Positions 17,911 through 28,406 of a stretch of DNA of 64,000 bases are shown here, piece after piece; within the stretch, counting starts at the first letter, position 1, and every line of letters starts with the position of its first letter. The DNA is taken from the NCBI GenBank assembly GCA_902593075.1, contig CACJHA010000001.1, positions 124-64,123 on the forward strand. Direction: 5' to 3'. The position numbers and the translations under genes are program-made. Below the pieces are notes generated by a model. It saw nothing but the letters and a program-made list of their open reading frames with translations. It made no database searches and was not told where the DNA came from. Origin of the DNA: an uncultured Bacteroidota bacterium (GTDB taxonomy: Bacteria > Bacteroidota > Bacteroidia > Flavobacteriales > Flavobacteriaceae).

Positions 17911-18555
17911 TTAATTCAAATCAAAATAATTTGAAATTACTAAACTTATATTCTTATACATTTCACTTTTTAGAGAAATAATTGAGTTTTTATCAATCCA
18001 AATCGCCTTCTCAATTCCTTCATTTGTTTCTGGAGTGAGTTCATCACTATAATCCGTCTCCATTAAATACCAAAAAGTCTTCTTTAAACGATACTTTCTA
18101 TTCTTTTTAAATATATGATAGGTGGTATTTAAAGGTTTTATTATTGACAAATTTTCCACCCCTGTTTCCTCTTCTATCTCTCTAATTGCTGCATTCTTTA
18201 CCTCTTCATTTTTATTTATTCTACCTTTAGGTAAATCCCATTTTTTATTTCTAAATATAAATAAGAAATGGTTTGTTTCTAAATTTCTAACCAAACCTCC
18301 AGCAGCTTCAATTAGTTTAAACATATTTAAGAAATAATACCACAGTTTGTCCTCTTTGGAATGATATAAATAAAGCATTTTTACTTTTTTTGATTTTAAT
18401 ACTTGTACAATAAATTTTTTATTCGTGAATTTTACGTAAAAAAAAGGTGAATCATCTATAGGGAGTATTATATCCGTTGTTAATACTATGGGTTTTTGAT
18501 TAAAAAATACTTTATACATTTGCGTATGATTATCAATGAAAAATTGGCAATTCAA
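17911..18555 (-). CDS. NUDIX hydrolase
   Basis: 214 aa with Nudix box GRINKNEEVKNAAIREIEEETGV. An alternative in-frame ATG at 18519 would remove the overlap with pyrE. Confidence 0.8.
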   Translation of the reverse strand: MNCQFFIDNHTQMYKVFFNQKPIVLTTDIILPIDDSPFFYVKFTNKKFIVQVLKSKKVKMLYLYHSKEDKLWYYFLNMFKLIEAAGGLVRNLETNHFLFIFRNKKWDLPKGRINKNEEVKNAAIREIEEETGVENLSIIKPLNTTYHIFKKNRKYRLKKTFWYLMETDYSDELTPETNEGIEKAIWIDKNSIISLKSEMYKNISLVISNYFDLN

Positions 18556-19167
18556 ACAGCCGAATTACTTTTACAAGTTAATGCAATAAAATTAAATATT
18601 GAAAAGCCTTTTATTTGGTCAAGTGGAATAAAATCTCCAATATATTGTGATAACAGGTTAGTTCTTTCATATCCCAAAATAAGAAAATTCATTTCAAATG
18701 AAATTTCAAAATTCATAAAATCCAACTTCCAAAAAGATTTTTACGTAGCTGGTGTTGCAACAGGATCCATTGCAATAGGTATGCTTATTGCAGAAAATTT
18801 AAAAAAACCCTTTATCTATGTTCGTCCAGAACCAAAAGGACACGGTGCTGGTAAACAAATTGAGGGTATAGTTTTAGAAAAAGTTCCTGTAGTTGTTATT
18901 GAAGATCTTATTAGTACTGGAAAAAGTTCTTTAAAAGCCGTAGAAGCACTTCAAAAAAATGGTATTGAAGTATTGGGTGTTTTCGCAATTTTCTCCTACG
19001 GTCTAGAAGTTGCCAAAAGTAACTTTGAAAAAGCAAATCAAAAATTTTACTCCCTAAGTAATTTTTCGACACTTATTAAATGTTCAAAAAAGCATATGGA
19101 TTTTTCACAAGAAGATCTTGATAAAGTAAACAGCTGGAAAAAAAGTCCTACCAATTGGAAAGTTTAG
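18526..19167 (+). CDS. pyrE: Orotate phosphoribosyltransferase
   Basis: The track ORF starts at a TTG (18496). The ATG at 18526 (MIINEKLAIQ...) is the more plausible start. PRPP loop VVVIEDLISTGKSS. Confidence 0.88.
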   Translation: MIINEKLAIQTAELLLQVNAIKLNIEKPFIWSSGIKSPIYCDNRLVLSYPKIRKFISNEISKFIKSNFQKDFYVAGVATGSIAIGMLIAENLKKPFIYVRPEPKGHGAGKQIEGIVLEKVPVVVIEDLISTGKSSLKAVEALQKNGIEVLGVFAIFSYGLEVAKSNFEKANQKFYSLSNFSTLIKCSKKHMDFSQEDLDKVNSWKKSPTNWKV

Positions 19168-19895
19168 TATATAATTTTTACATCACTGATTTTTGGAGTC
19201 TCGTTTACTCCACCTAAGCTTATGATTTGAAATCTTTCATAATCATTAAGCCCAACTATTTTTCCCTTTTTTATATTTCCATTAATCTCATATTCAATTA
19301 ATTCGTTTTTTCGAAACAGGCTTTTATTAAAGTCCCTTTTTAGCAGATCCAAATCCTTGTAGTAAAATAAATTATAACTGAAAATATTTAAAAAATCATG
19401 GAGTACTTTTTTTAAACTATAATCATTTTTTATAATTATTTTCATTGAGCTTGCATTGAAATTTTTTGGAAAAGTAATCTGATTAACATTAATTCCAACA
19501 CCTACAATTGAGCCCATTAATTTTTCCCCTTTATACAAATTTTCAATCAATATTCCTGATATTTTTTTGTTAACTGACAAAATGTCGTTTGGCCATTTAA
19601 TAAATATCTTATTGATTCCATGACAGTTCAAAACTTTTTTTACAGATAAAGATGTAATTAAGTTTAAACATAAGTGTGATGAAAAAGATATGTATTCACT
19701 ACTTAAAAAAACTGAAAATGTAAGGTTTTTGTTGGGTTTAGAAAGCCATTTTTTGCTGCCTTGACCCCTTCCTTCAGTTTGACTTTTTGCCCATACAACT
19801 AATCCATTTGTATGTAATTTCTTATGATATAATCTTTTTATTTCATTATTTGAAGAGTCAATGGCATTAATTTTGATAATTTTATAAGAGATCAC
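19164..19895 (-). CDS. birA: Biotin--[acetyl-CoA-carboxylase] ligase
   Basis: 243 aa: GRGQGSKKW, KWPNDI and GILIE. Confidence 0.85.
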   Translation of the reverse strand: MISYKIIKINAIDSSNNEIKRLYHKKLHTNGLVVWAKSQTEGRGQGSKKWLSKPNKNLTFSVFLSSEYISFSSHLCLNLITSLSVKKVLNCHGINKIFIKWPNDILSVNKKISGILIENLYKGEKLMGSIVGVGINVNQITFPKNFNASSMKIIIKNDYSLKKVLHDFLNIFSYNLFYYKDLDLLKRDFNKSLFRKNELIEYEINGNIKKGKIVGLNDYERFQIISLGGVNETPKISDVKIIY

Positions 19896-19923
19896 AAATT
19901 TGTATTTGTATTAACTAATATAA

Positions 19924-19931
19924 TATTTTTG
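19924..19931 (+). promoter_or_regulatory. Candidate -7 promoter box (TATTTTTG) for rsfS-ftsH
   Basis: TAnnTTTG match 13 nt upstream of the rsfS ATG, with TTTG motifs 15-25 nt further upstream. Confidence 0.4.
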
Positions 19932-19944
19932 TAAATAAATTTTA

Positions 19945-20319
19945 ATGGCAAAAGCAACTGATGGAATGAATAACTTAATTGAGAAAATTGTTGTTGGTAT
20001 TTCAGATGTTAAAGGGCAAGATATAGAAATGCTTGATTTAAGAAAAATTGAAAATAGAATTTGTGACTTTTACGTTATTTGTTCAGGAAGTTCTAACACA
20101 CATGTTTCAGCAATATTAGAGTCTGTTAAGAAAAAGGTTAGTAAAAGTTTAAAGGAAAAACCATCTCATACAGAAGGTGAAGAAAATGCAGAATGGGTAC
20201 TGTTAGACTATATTAATGTAGTTGTGCATATTTTTCAAAAGCAAGTAAGGGATTTATACAGAATAGAAGAATTATGGGGGGACTGTAAAACCAATATGAT
20301 TCCAATTAAAAATAATTAA
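19945..20319 (+). CDS. rsfS: Ribosome silencing factor RsfS
   Basis: 124 aa: DFYVICSGSSNTHV, WVLLDYINVVVHIF and YRIEELW. Confidence 0.9.
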   Translation: MAKATDGMNNLIEKIVVGISDVKGQDIEMLDLRKIENRICDFYVICSGSSNTHVSAILESVKKKVSKSLKEKPSHTEGEENAEWVLLDYINVVVHIFQKQVRDLYRIEELWGDCKTNMIPIKNN

Positions 20320-20320
20320 T

Positions 20321-22258
20321 ATGCCTAAAAAAATAAATAAAACCCCAAAACTCAACCCATACTGGATATATGGTACAATTATAGTTATCCTCTTAAGCAT
20401 AAGTTTTTTTGGAGAAGGTAGTATTCAAACTTCCAATAAGACTAATACATCTGATTTTGAAAAATTTCTTCTAAATGGCGATATAGAAAAAGTTCTTATT
20501 CAAAATGAAAAAATCGCAAGAATTTATCTTAAACGGGAGGCATTGGAAAGAAATGAACATAGAATAGCATCGAAAAAAAATTTTTTAGGGCAAATTAATG
20601 AAAGTGGTCCTCATTATTCTTTTGAATTCGGTGATTTGAAACTTTTTCAAGAAAAACTTGAAAAAGCAAAATCAAAAAATTTAGATTTCCAATATGAATT
20701 CATTACGGTTGAAAATAAATTTTTTGATATAATATTAAGTTTCCTTCCTATTATTATAATTATTGGTGTTTGGATTTTTATTATGAGAAGAATGTCTGGT
20801 AACGCTGGAGGGGGAGCTGGGGGACAAATTTTTAACATTGGAAAATCAAAAGCTAAGTTATTTGACGAAAAAAAAGATATAAAAACTACTTTCAAAGATG
20901 TTGCTGGACTTGAAGGTGCAAAAGAAGAGGTGCAAGAAATTGTAGATTTTCTAAAAAACCCAAAAAAATATACGATTCTTGGAGGTAAAATTCCTAAAGG
21001 GGCCCTTTTAGTTGGACAACCGGGTACTGGAAAAACATTATTAGCAAAAGCTGTAGCTGGAGAGGCTAAAGTTCCATTTTTTTCCTTGTCAGGTTCTGAT
21101 TTTGTTGAAATGTTTGTAGGTGTTGGGGCCTCAAGAGTTAGGGATTTATTCAAACAAGCTAAAGATAAATCACCTTCAATAGTATTTATAGACGAAATAG
21201 ATGCAATTGGAAGGGCAAGAGGGAAAAATAATTTTACAGGTTCGAACGATGAAAGGGAAAATACCCTCAACCAACTTTTAACTGAGATGGACGGTTTTGG
21301 AACAAATACCAATGTAATTGTTTTAGCGGCGACCAATAGAGCTGATGTTTTAGATAAGGCTTTGATGAGAGCGGGAAGGTTTGACAGGCAAATTTATGTA
21401 GATTTACCTGACCTCAGAGAAAGAAAAGAAATCTTTCAGGTTCATCTAAAACCACTTAAAAAGACTAAAACATTAGATGTCGATTTTCTTGCTAAACAAA
21501 CACCAGGTTTTTCAGGAGCTGATATCGCAAACGTCTGCAATGAAGCCGCTCTTATTGCTGCTAGAAAAAATGGAAAGAATGTTGGAAAACAAGATTTTTT
21601 GGATGCAGTAGATAGAATTGTTGGAGGGCTTGAAAAAAAGAATAAAATTATTTCTCAAGAAGAGAAAAAAACAATTGCATTTCATGAGGCAGGTCATGCT
21701 TTAGTAAGCTGGCTGTTAGAATTTGCTGCACCATTAGTCAAAGTTACAATAGTCCCAAGGGGTAGATCTTTAGGTGCTGCTTGGTATTTACCAGAGGAAA
21801 GAATGATAGTTAGAACTGAACAAATGCTAGATGAGATGTGTGCAACTCTAGGTGGAAGAGCCGCGGAGAAAATAATCTTTAATAAAATTTCTACTGGTGC
21901 TTTAAGTGATCTTGAGAAAGTAACGCAACAAGCTAAAGCTATGGTTACAGTTTATGGATTAAATGATCAAATTGGAAATATAACTTACTATGATTCTAGT
22001 GGACAAAGTGATTACAATTTTTCAAAACCTTATTCAGAGGAAACAGCCCAAACAATTGATAAAGAAATTTCAAAAATTGTAGAAAAGCAGTTTATTAGAG
22101 CATGTAAAATAATTAAATCCCATAAAGGTAAATTGAATAAGTTGGCAACCAGATTGTTAGATAAAGAAGTGATTTTTAAGGATGATCTTATAAGAATCCT
22201 GGGTAATAGACCCTTTGCAGAAAAGAAAGAACCTGTTATTACTCCCAATAAAAAATAG
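20321..22258 (+). CDS. ftsH: ATP-dependent zinc metalloprotease FtsH
   Basis: 645 aa with Walker A GQPGTGKT, SRH ATNRADVLDKALMRAGRFDR and Zn site HEAGHA. Confidence 0.96.
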   Translation: MPKKINKTPKLNPYWIYGTIIVILLSISFFGEGSIQTSNKTNTSDFEKFLLNGDIEKVLIQNEKIARIYLKREALERNEHRIASKKNFLGQINESGPHYSFEFGDLKLFQEKLEKAKSKNLDFQYEFITVENKFFDIILSFLPIIIIIGVWIFIMRRMSGNAGGGAGGQIFNIGKSKAKLFDEKKDIKTTFKDVAGLEGAKEEVQEIVDFLKNPKKYTILGGKIPKGALLVGQPGTGKTLLAKAVAGEAKVPFFSLSGSDFVEMFVGVGASRVRDLFKQAKDKSPSIVFIDEIDAIGRARGKNNFTGSNDERENTLNQLLTEMDGFGTNTNVIVLAATNRADVLDKALMRAGRFDRQIYVDLPDLRERKEIFQVHLKPLKKTKTLDVDFLAKQTPGFSGADIANVCNEAALIAARKNGKNVGKQDFLDAVDRIVGGLEKKNKIISQEEKKTIAFHEAGHALVSWLLEFAAPLVKVTIVPRGRSLGAAWYLPEERMIVRTEQMLDEMCATLGGRAAEKIIFNKISTGALSDLEKVTQQAKAMVTVYGLNDQIGNITYYDSSGQSDYNFSKPYSEETAQTIDKEISKIVEKQFIRACKIIKSHKGKLNKLATRLLDKEVIFKDDLIRILGNRPFAEKKEPVITPNKK

Positions 22259-22264
22259 TTTATA

Positions 22265-22834
22265 GTGAGTTTTTTAGGTAAACTTTTTTGGAAAAAAAAA
22301 TCTAAAAAAAGTAAATACCTACCAGAAAAAAGAGAACCTATCGAAATTTCATTTGTAAAAAGGTTTACCCTTAATGGAGGTAAGTTTCTTTATTGTGAAA
22401 ATGAAGACGAATTAAGAGTGAATTTTCAAAATATTCTAATTGAAAATAAAATCTCTACTTCTGAGCTTTTATCTAACGAAAATTCTGTTATCGATTATTT
22501 TCAAATTGATAATGACATCCTAAACCCAAAGGCCTTGGTAATAAACTGCGAATTTTTAATATCTAATCAAGGTTCCATTATGGTTTCCAATCATCAAATT
22601 TTGGATAAAAAACTAAACCAATTGCCAGAAATTTTAATTATAATAGCTAAAACTTCGGACTTTAAAGATGATGTAAGTGAAGCTATGACTGCGATTAAAA
22701 ATAAATATGGTGAACACATCCCATCAAATATCACAAATATTCATCCTACAAATCCAGAAAAAAATTCAAATTTCATGTCCTATAAAAGAACATCAAAAGA
22801 GTTATATTTGCTCTTAAGGGATGTCAATAAATGA
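22265..22834 (+). CDS. LUD-domain (LutB/LutC-like, DUF162) protein
   Basis: 189 aa with GTG start. The pattern F..NGGKFLYCE ... IIIAKTSD and the position after ftsH are typical of Flavobacteriia. The family call is from memory only. Confidence 0.5.
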   Translation: MSFLGKLFWKKKSKKSKYLPEKREPIEISFVKRFTLNGGKFLYCENEDELRVNFQNILIENKISTSELLSNENSVIDYFQIDNDILNPKALVINCEFLISNQGSIMVSNHQILDKKLNQLPEILIIIAKTSDFKDDVSEAMTAIKNKYGEHIPSNITNIHPTNPEKNSNFMSYKRTSKELYLLLRDVNK

Positions 22835-23616
22835 AAAATTTTTGGACTCGTTTTTTATCTGGACTATTGTACGCTTTATTAATAACAATATCCGTTTTCT
22901 ATTCTAAATTTTCTTTTAAAGTATTAATTACAATTTTTTCGACTATAGTGCTTAAAGAATATTTTAATCTAATCAACTTCAAAAATTATTTTTTTTTATT
23001 ACTCGTTTTATTTTTTATTTGGACTCCTAGAGATTTAATCATAAATGATTATTTAATAATAACTACCTGCATTGTTTCTTTAATTTCTAGTATCTATTGT
23101 ACAATTTTACTTTTTTTCAAAAGGAATTTTAAATATTCAAAAATTATTTTTTCCTTTTCATTATTATACATAACTACTTCTTTCTTTTTTATGGTTCAAA
23201 TTCATGAACACGGAACCGATTTTAGTCCTTTATATTTATTTATATTTTTTTCTTCAACATGGGTAAATAATATTTTTGCTTATTTAATAGGTTCTAAATT
23301 TGGTAAGAATAAAATTCTAGAGGAAATTTCCCCAAATAAAACTTGGGAGGGATTTTTTGGAGGATTTTTTGCATCATTGACTTTTATATATTTTGTGGAG
23401 TATTATTTTAATCTATTTAAAAATTATTGGATAGTTTTAGGATCAATAATACCAATTTTATCGTTAATTGGTGATCTTCTGCAATCATTGTATAAAAGAA
23501 GAGCAAAAATAAAGGATAGTGGAAATTTAATTCCTGGTCATGGTGGGGCATACGATAGAATGGATAGTGTTATTTATTCAGCTCTTTATTACTATCTTTT
23601 CCTAAAATTAATATAG
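22831..23616 (+). CDS. cdsA: Phosphatidate cytidylyltransferase
   Basis: 261-aa polytopic protein: SPNKTWEG and the C-terminal signature SLYKRRAKIKDSGNLIPGHGGAYDRMDS. Confidence 0.9.
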   Translation: MKNFWTRFLSGLLYALLITISVFYSKFSFKVLITIFSTIVLKEYFNLINFKNYFFLLLVLFFIWTPRDLIINDYLIITTCIVSLISSIYCTILLFFKRNFKYSKIIFSFSLLYITTSFFFMVQIHEHGTDFSPLYLFIFFSSTWVNNIFAYLIGSKFGKNKILEEISPNKTWEGFFGGFFASLTFIYFVEYYFNLFKNYWIVLGSIIPILSLIGDLLQSLYKRRAKIKDSGNLIPGHGGAYDRMDSVIYSALYYYLFLKLI

Positions 23617-23618
23617 AT

Positions 23619-24263
23619 ATGTTCCACAAAGAAGGGTATCAAATAATAATTATTTCGCTACTAATAACAACTGGCTTAATCATTTATTTAGAATATTCAA
23701 TAAATAACGTTGAGCTGAAATTTTTCTTGAAATTACTGTGTTTCATATTTTTTGTTCTAATCCTTCAATTTTTTCGAAATCCAAAAAGAAAAATTGAGCC
23801 TAACGATAAATCAATACTAGCTCCTGCAGATGGAAAAATAGTAATAATTAAAGAGGTTTTTGAAAAAGAATTTTATAAAGAAAAACGACTACAGATTTCA
23901 ATCTTTATGTCTCCATTCAATGTACATGTTACAAGGTACCCAGTCGGTGGTGAAATTATTTTTAGCAAATACCATCCAGGTAAATATTTGTTTGCATGGC
24001 ACCCAAAATCATCAGAATTAAATGAAAGAACCACTGTAGTAATTAAAAATAAATTTTTTGGAAATATTCTTTACAGGCAAATAGCTGGTGCTTTGGCTAG
24101 AAGAATAGTAAATTATGCATCTGAAGGAATGAAAATTAAACAAGGTAGAGAATCAGGGTTTATCAAATTTGGGTCAAGATTAGATATTTTTTTGCCATTA
24201 AAAACTAAAGTGAATGTGAGTATGAATCAAATGGTAAAAGGTGGGATTAGCAAGATAGTTTAG
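23619..24263 (+). CDS. psd: Phosphatidylserine decarboxylase family protein (short Bacteroidota type)
   Basis: 214 aa: APADGKI, NVHV.R.P and the FGSR processing-site region. Confidence 0.85.
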   Translation: MFHKEGYQIIIISLLITTGLIIYLEYSINNVELKFFLKLLCFIFFVLILQFFRNPKRKIEPNDKSILAPADGKIVIIKEVFEKEFYKEKRLQISIFMSPFNVHVTRYPVGGEIIFSKYHPGKYLFAWHPKSSELNERTTVVIKNKFFGNILYRQIAGALARRIVNYASEGMKIKQGRESGFIKFGSRLDIFLPLKTKVNVSMNQMVKGGISKIV

Positions 24264-24264
24264 A

Positions 24265-26892
24265 TTATCTTGATGAAATATTCTTTTTTAGAATTTCAAT
24301 TTTTTTGATAGCGTCAAATTCCTTTTTTAATTCATTTTCAATTACTTTTTTGGGAGCATTATTCGTAAATTTTTTATTTTTCAATTTTTTTCTTACTGAT
24401 TTTAAAAATCCTTCAATGTAAGACAACTCATTTTCAAGTTTTTCCCGTTCTAACTTTGAATCTAAGTCAAAATTTACTGGAATCGCAAATTCCATATCTT
24501 CTACAATAAAAGTATAGTCTGAAACATCTTTTTCTGAATTCTTAGATTTTATACTTTCTAAATTTCCTAATTTTTTCAAAACTTCAGAAAATGGCAACTT
24601 TTCTTCATTACCAATAAATTTTAAACTTAACAATTTGGTTCCTTTAATAAGTTTTTCTTTTCTAAATTTTCGAATTTCTGAAATAATTTTTTTTGCTCGA
24701 TCAAAATCCTTTAAAATTTTGGGGTCAAACTTTTTTTCAATAGGCCAACTTGTTATCATTATAGATTCTTCTTTTTCGTCTTTGATTTTTTGCCACAATT
24801 CTTCAGTAATAAATGGCATGAAAGGGTGGAGTAGCTCAAGATTAATTGAAAATAATTTTTTTATTTTACACAAGGATTGCCTACTAATAGGCTTACCGAA
24901 GTCTGGTTTAATTGTTTCTAAAAACCATGAACAAAAATCATCCCATATTAGTTTATAAATGAGCATTAATGAATCTGAAATTCTGAAATTATCAAAGTTT
25001 TTATTAACTTGATTTATTGCATAGTAAAGATTATTTTCATACCAACTTATAATCTTTGAGTTTTTCTCAATATTTTGATCCTTATCGTCTACTTCCCATG
25101 AAGAAATTAGCCTATACGAATTCCAAATTTTATTTGCGAAGTTTTTACCTTGCTTGCAAAGTGATTCATCGAATAATAAATCATTACCCGCTGAGGAACT
25201 AAGCATAAGTCCTACTCTTACGGCGTCAGCACCATAATTTTTTATTAATTTTAAAGGGTCAGGTGAATTACCTAACTGCTTTGACATTTTTTGTCTTTTT
25301 TTATCCCTTACCAAACCAGTAAAATAAATATTTTTAAATGGTTCCCTCCCAGTAAATTCATAGCCTGAAATTATCATTCTAATTACCCAAAAGAATATTA
25401 TATCAGGACCAGTTACAAGATCTTGAGTGGGATAATAATATTTAAACTCTGAATTTTTAGGTTCACAAAGTCCATTAAAAACAGATATTGGCCATAACCA
25501 AGATGAAAACCATGTGTCTAATACATCTTGATCTTGTGTAACTTGATTAGAGTCAATATTTTCAAAGCCACTGATTTTTTTGATTTTACCAAGAGCCATC
25601 TCAATATTTTCTGCAACAACAAAATCTTCTTCCCCTTTTCCATAGTAGAAAACGGGTATTCTATGACCCCACCATAACTGTCTAGAAATATTCCAATCTC
25701 TAATGTTTTTAAGCCAATGCTTATATGTATTTTGAAATTTTTTTGGATGTAACTTTACTTTTTTTGTTTTAAAAACTGCATCTAATGCCGGTTTAGAAAT
25801 ATCATTCATCTTTAAAAACCACTGCTTAGAAATTCTTGGTTCTATTACAACTTTTGTTCTTTCCGAAACCCCAACATTGTGATTATAATTTTCGACTTTT
25901 ATTAAAAAACCTTTTTCTTTTAATTCCTTATGAATTTTTTTTCTAACATCAAATCTATCCATCCCTTGATAATGCAAGCTGTTTTCATTTAAAGTTCCAT
26001 TTGAATTAAAAATGTTGATACTTTTTAGTTTATGTTTTTTGCCAATAAGATTATCATTTAAGTCATGGGCGGGTGTTATTTTTAAGGCGCCTGTACCAAA
26101 TGTTGAATCAACGTATTCATCTTCAATAATAGGTATCAATCTGTTTGAAATTGGCACAACAACTTTTTTACCGATGAGGTTTTTATATCTTTCATCAGTG
26201 GGATTAACACAAACTGCTGTATCTCCAAAAATTGTTTCCGGCCTAGTTGTAGCAATTGATATTTGATTATTGCTATCTTCAATTTTATATGAAATATAGA
26301 ACAACAAACCTTGTTTTTCTTCATAAATTACCTCCTCATCTGACAAAGTCGTCTCAGCTTTAGGGTCCCAATTGACCATTTTGTTTTCTCTGTAAATTAA
26401 TTTCTTTTCGTAAAGTTTGATGAAAACTTTTATTACAGCTTTGTATAAATCGTCATCTAAAGTGAATTTGGTTCTATCCCAATCGCATGAACACCCTATT
26501 TTTTTTAATTGCTTTAAAATTATACCTCCATATTTATCAGTCCAATCCCAAGCATGTTTTAAAAATTCATCTCTTGAAAGAGATTTTTTTTCAATACCCT
26601 TTTCTTTTAAATAAGAAACCACCTTCGCCTCGGTTGCTATTGATGCATGATCTGTACCAGGAACCCAGCAGGAATTCATACCACTCATCCTAGCTCTCCT
26701 TATTAATATATCTTGAATGGTATTATTAAGCATATGTCCCATATGTAAAACTCCTGTTACATTTGGAGGAGGAATAACAATAGTGTATGGTTTCTTTGAA
26801 TTAGGTTTTGACTGAAAAAATTTTTTTTCTAGCCAATAATTATACCATTTTTCTTCAATTTCAGATGGATCAAACTTTGTGGATAAAGGCAT
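24265..26892 (-). CDS. valS: Valine--tRNA ligase
   Basis: 875 aa with HIGH-type PPPNVTGVLHMGH, KMSKS-type KMSKQLGN and a C-terminal coiled coil. Confidence 0.96.
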   Translation of the reverse strand: MPLSTKFDPSEIEEKWYNYWLEKKFFQSKPNSKKPYTIVIPPPNVTGVLHMGHMLNNTIQDILIRRARMSGMNSCWVPGTDHASIATEAKVVSYLKEKGIEKKSLSRDEFLKHAWDWTDKYGGIILKQLKKIGCSCDWDRTKFTLDDDLYKAVIKVFIKLYEKKLIYRENKMVNWDPKAETTLSDEEVIYEEKQGLLFYISYKIEDSNNQISIATTRPETIFGDTAVCVNPTDERYKNLIGKKVVVPISNRLIPIIEDEYVDSTFGTGALKITPAHDLNDNLIGKKHKLKSINIFNSNGTLNENSLHYQGMDRFDVRKKIHKELKEKGFLIKVENYNHNVGVSERTKVVIEPRISKQWFLKMNDISKPALDAVFKTKKVKLHPKKFQNTYKHWLKNIRDWNISRQLWWGHRIPVFYYGKGEEDFVVAENIEMALGKIKKISGFENIDSNQVTQDQDVLDTWFSSWLWPISVFNGLCEPKNSEFKYYYPTQDLVTGPDIIFFWVIRMIISGYEFTGREPFKNIYFTGLVRDKKRQKMSKQLGNSPDPLKLIKNYGADAVRVGLMLSSSAGNDLLFDESLCKQGKNFANKIWNSYRLISSWEVDDKDQNIEKNSKIISWYENNLYYAINQVNKNFDNFRISDSLMLIYKLIWDDFCSWFLETIKPDFGKPISRQSLCKIKKLFSINLELLHPFMPFITEELWQKIKDEKEESIMITSWPIEKKFDPKILKDFDRAKKIISEIRKFRKEKLIKGTKLLSLKFIGNEEKLPFSEVLKKLGNLESIKSKNSEKDVSDYTFIVEDMEFAIPVNFDLDSKLEREKLENELSYIEGFLKSVRKKLKNKKFTNNAPKKVIENELKKEFDAIKKIEILKKNISSR

Positions 26893-27019
26893 GAAATTAT
26901 AGTTCTCTAAATAATTTGTTACAAAAGTACTTTTAGTTTAATTAAAAAAAAAATAACACTCAATTCTACTATCTGATAAAAATATCAAAATTTGTATCTT
27001 GCTGATGTAAATTAAGGTT

Positions 27020-27391
27020 ATGAAAAATTTATTGTTTCTTTTTATTGCTACAACAAGCGGTTTTATCTTTTCTCAAGAAGTTGGGCCAAAAATAGAGTTT
27101 CAATCTCTTGAAATTAATTATGGCCAAATATCAAAGGGTGATAATGGTGTAAGGATTTTTAAATTTACCAATATTGGGTCAGAACCATTAATTATCAATA
27201 AAGTATATTCATCTTGTGGATGTACCATTCCAAAAAAACCTTCTTCACCAATTGATCCTGGTCAAGATGATGAAATCCAAGTAAAATATGATACTAACAG
27301 AGTTGGACCAATAAGGAAAACAATAACTGTTTTATCTAATGCCATTAACTCTCCAACAATATCCCTAAAGATTACGGGAAATGTTGAATAG
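27020..27391 (+). CDS. DUF1573 domain protein (secreted)
   Basis: 123 aa with a signal peptide and the characteristic SSCGCT motif. Confidence 0.75.
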   Translation: MKNLLFLFIATTSGFIFSQEVGPKIEFQSLEINYGQISKGDNGVRIFKFTNIGSEPLIINKVYSSCGCTIPKKPSSPIDPGQDDEIQVKYDTNRVGPIRKTITVLSNAINSPTISLKITGNVE

Positions 27392-28406
27392 AAATTCTGA
27401 CTTGGATATTAAACACAATTATTCTCTTGAAAAATTAAATACTTTCGGTTTAGATGTAGCTTCAGAATTCTTTTATATTGTTAAAAGTTTAAAAGATTTA
27501 AGAAATGTTTTATTAGAAAATAAAAGAAAAAAAATAACTGTACTTGGTGGAGGCAGCAATATTTTATTTACAAAGTTTTTAGATGGACTGTGTTTAAAAA
27601 TTGATTTAAAAGGAATAGACATAATTGAAGAAAATAAAAACAACGTTGTTATAAATGTAATGGCTGGTGAGAATTGGCATGATTTTGTGCAATGGTCAGT
27701 AAATAATGGTTTTGGAGGCATTGAAAATTTATCTCTAATTCCAGGTCTTGTGGGTGCTGCTCCAATACAGAACATTGGAGCCTATGGAGTTGAATTGAAA
27801 GATGTTTTTATAAGTTGTAACACTGTAAATATTAAGGACCAAACAGAAAAAGAATTTGATGAAAAAAGCTGCTTATTTGGTTATAGGACATCACGTTTTA
27901 AAACTATCGATAAAAATAATTATATAATTACATCCATTAAAATAAGACTAACAAAAGAAAAACATAAATACAATATCTCATACGGGCCTGTAAAAGAGGA
28001 AATTGGTAATAGGGAATTAAACTTAGAATCGATTTCTAATACGGTAATTAAAATTAGAAAAAGTAAATTACCAGATACAAAGCTTTTGGGGAATTGTGGT
28101 AGTTTTTTTAAAAACCCAGTGATTAACGAATCAAAATATATTGAGCTTAAAAAAAAGTTTCCATCTATTTCTGCATTTAAAGTACAAAAAAATCAATACA
28201 AAGTGTCAGCAGCTTGGCTGATTGAGTTTCTAAAATACAAAGGGAAATCAATTGGAAATGTAGGTGTTTATAAAAATCAAGCATTGGTCTTGGTAAATTT
28301 GGGGGGAGCCACTGGAAAAGAAGTATTATCTCTAGCTAATAAAATAACTTCTGCGGTTTATTCTACTTTTAAAATAAACTTACAACCTGAAGTTGAAATA
28401 TTATAA
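27381..28406 (+). CDS. murB: UDP-N-acetylmuramate dehydrogenase
   Basis: 341 aa with FAD-binding block LGGGSNILF, GAAPIQNIGAYG and GSFFKNP. Confidence 0.92.
   Translation: MLNRNSDLDIKHNYSLEKLNTFGLDVASEFFYIVKSLKDLRNVLLENKRKKITVLGGGSNILFTKFLDGLCLKIDLKGIDIIEENKNNVVINVMAGENWHDFVQWSVNNGFGGIENLSLIPGLVGAAPIQNIGAYGVELKDVFISCNTVNIKDQTEKEFDEKSCLFGYRTSRFKTIDKNNYIITSIKIRLTKEKHKYNISYGPVKEEIGNRELNLESISNTVIKIRKSKLPDTKLLGNCGSFFKNPVINESKYIELKKKFPSISAFKVQKNQYKVSAAWLIEFLKYKGKSIGNVGVYKNQALVLVNLGGATGKEVLSLANKITSAVYSTFKINLQPEVEIL

Noticed and set aside
20647-21336. 229-aa ORF antisense to ftsH
   Set aside because: It lies entirely inside the strongly conserved AAA+ core of ftsH on the opposite strand. Its translation is low-complexity (P/S/F/I-rich) with no recognisable motifs. 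It is a typical shadow ORF of an AT-rich gene.
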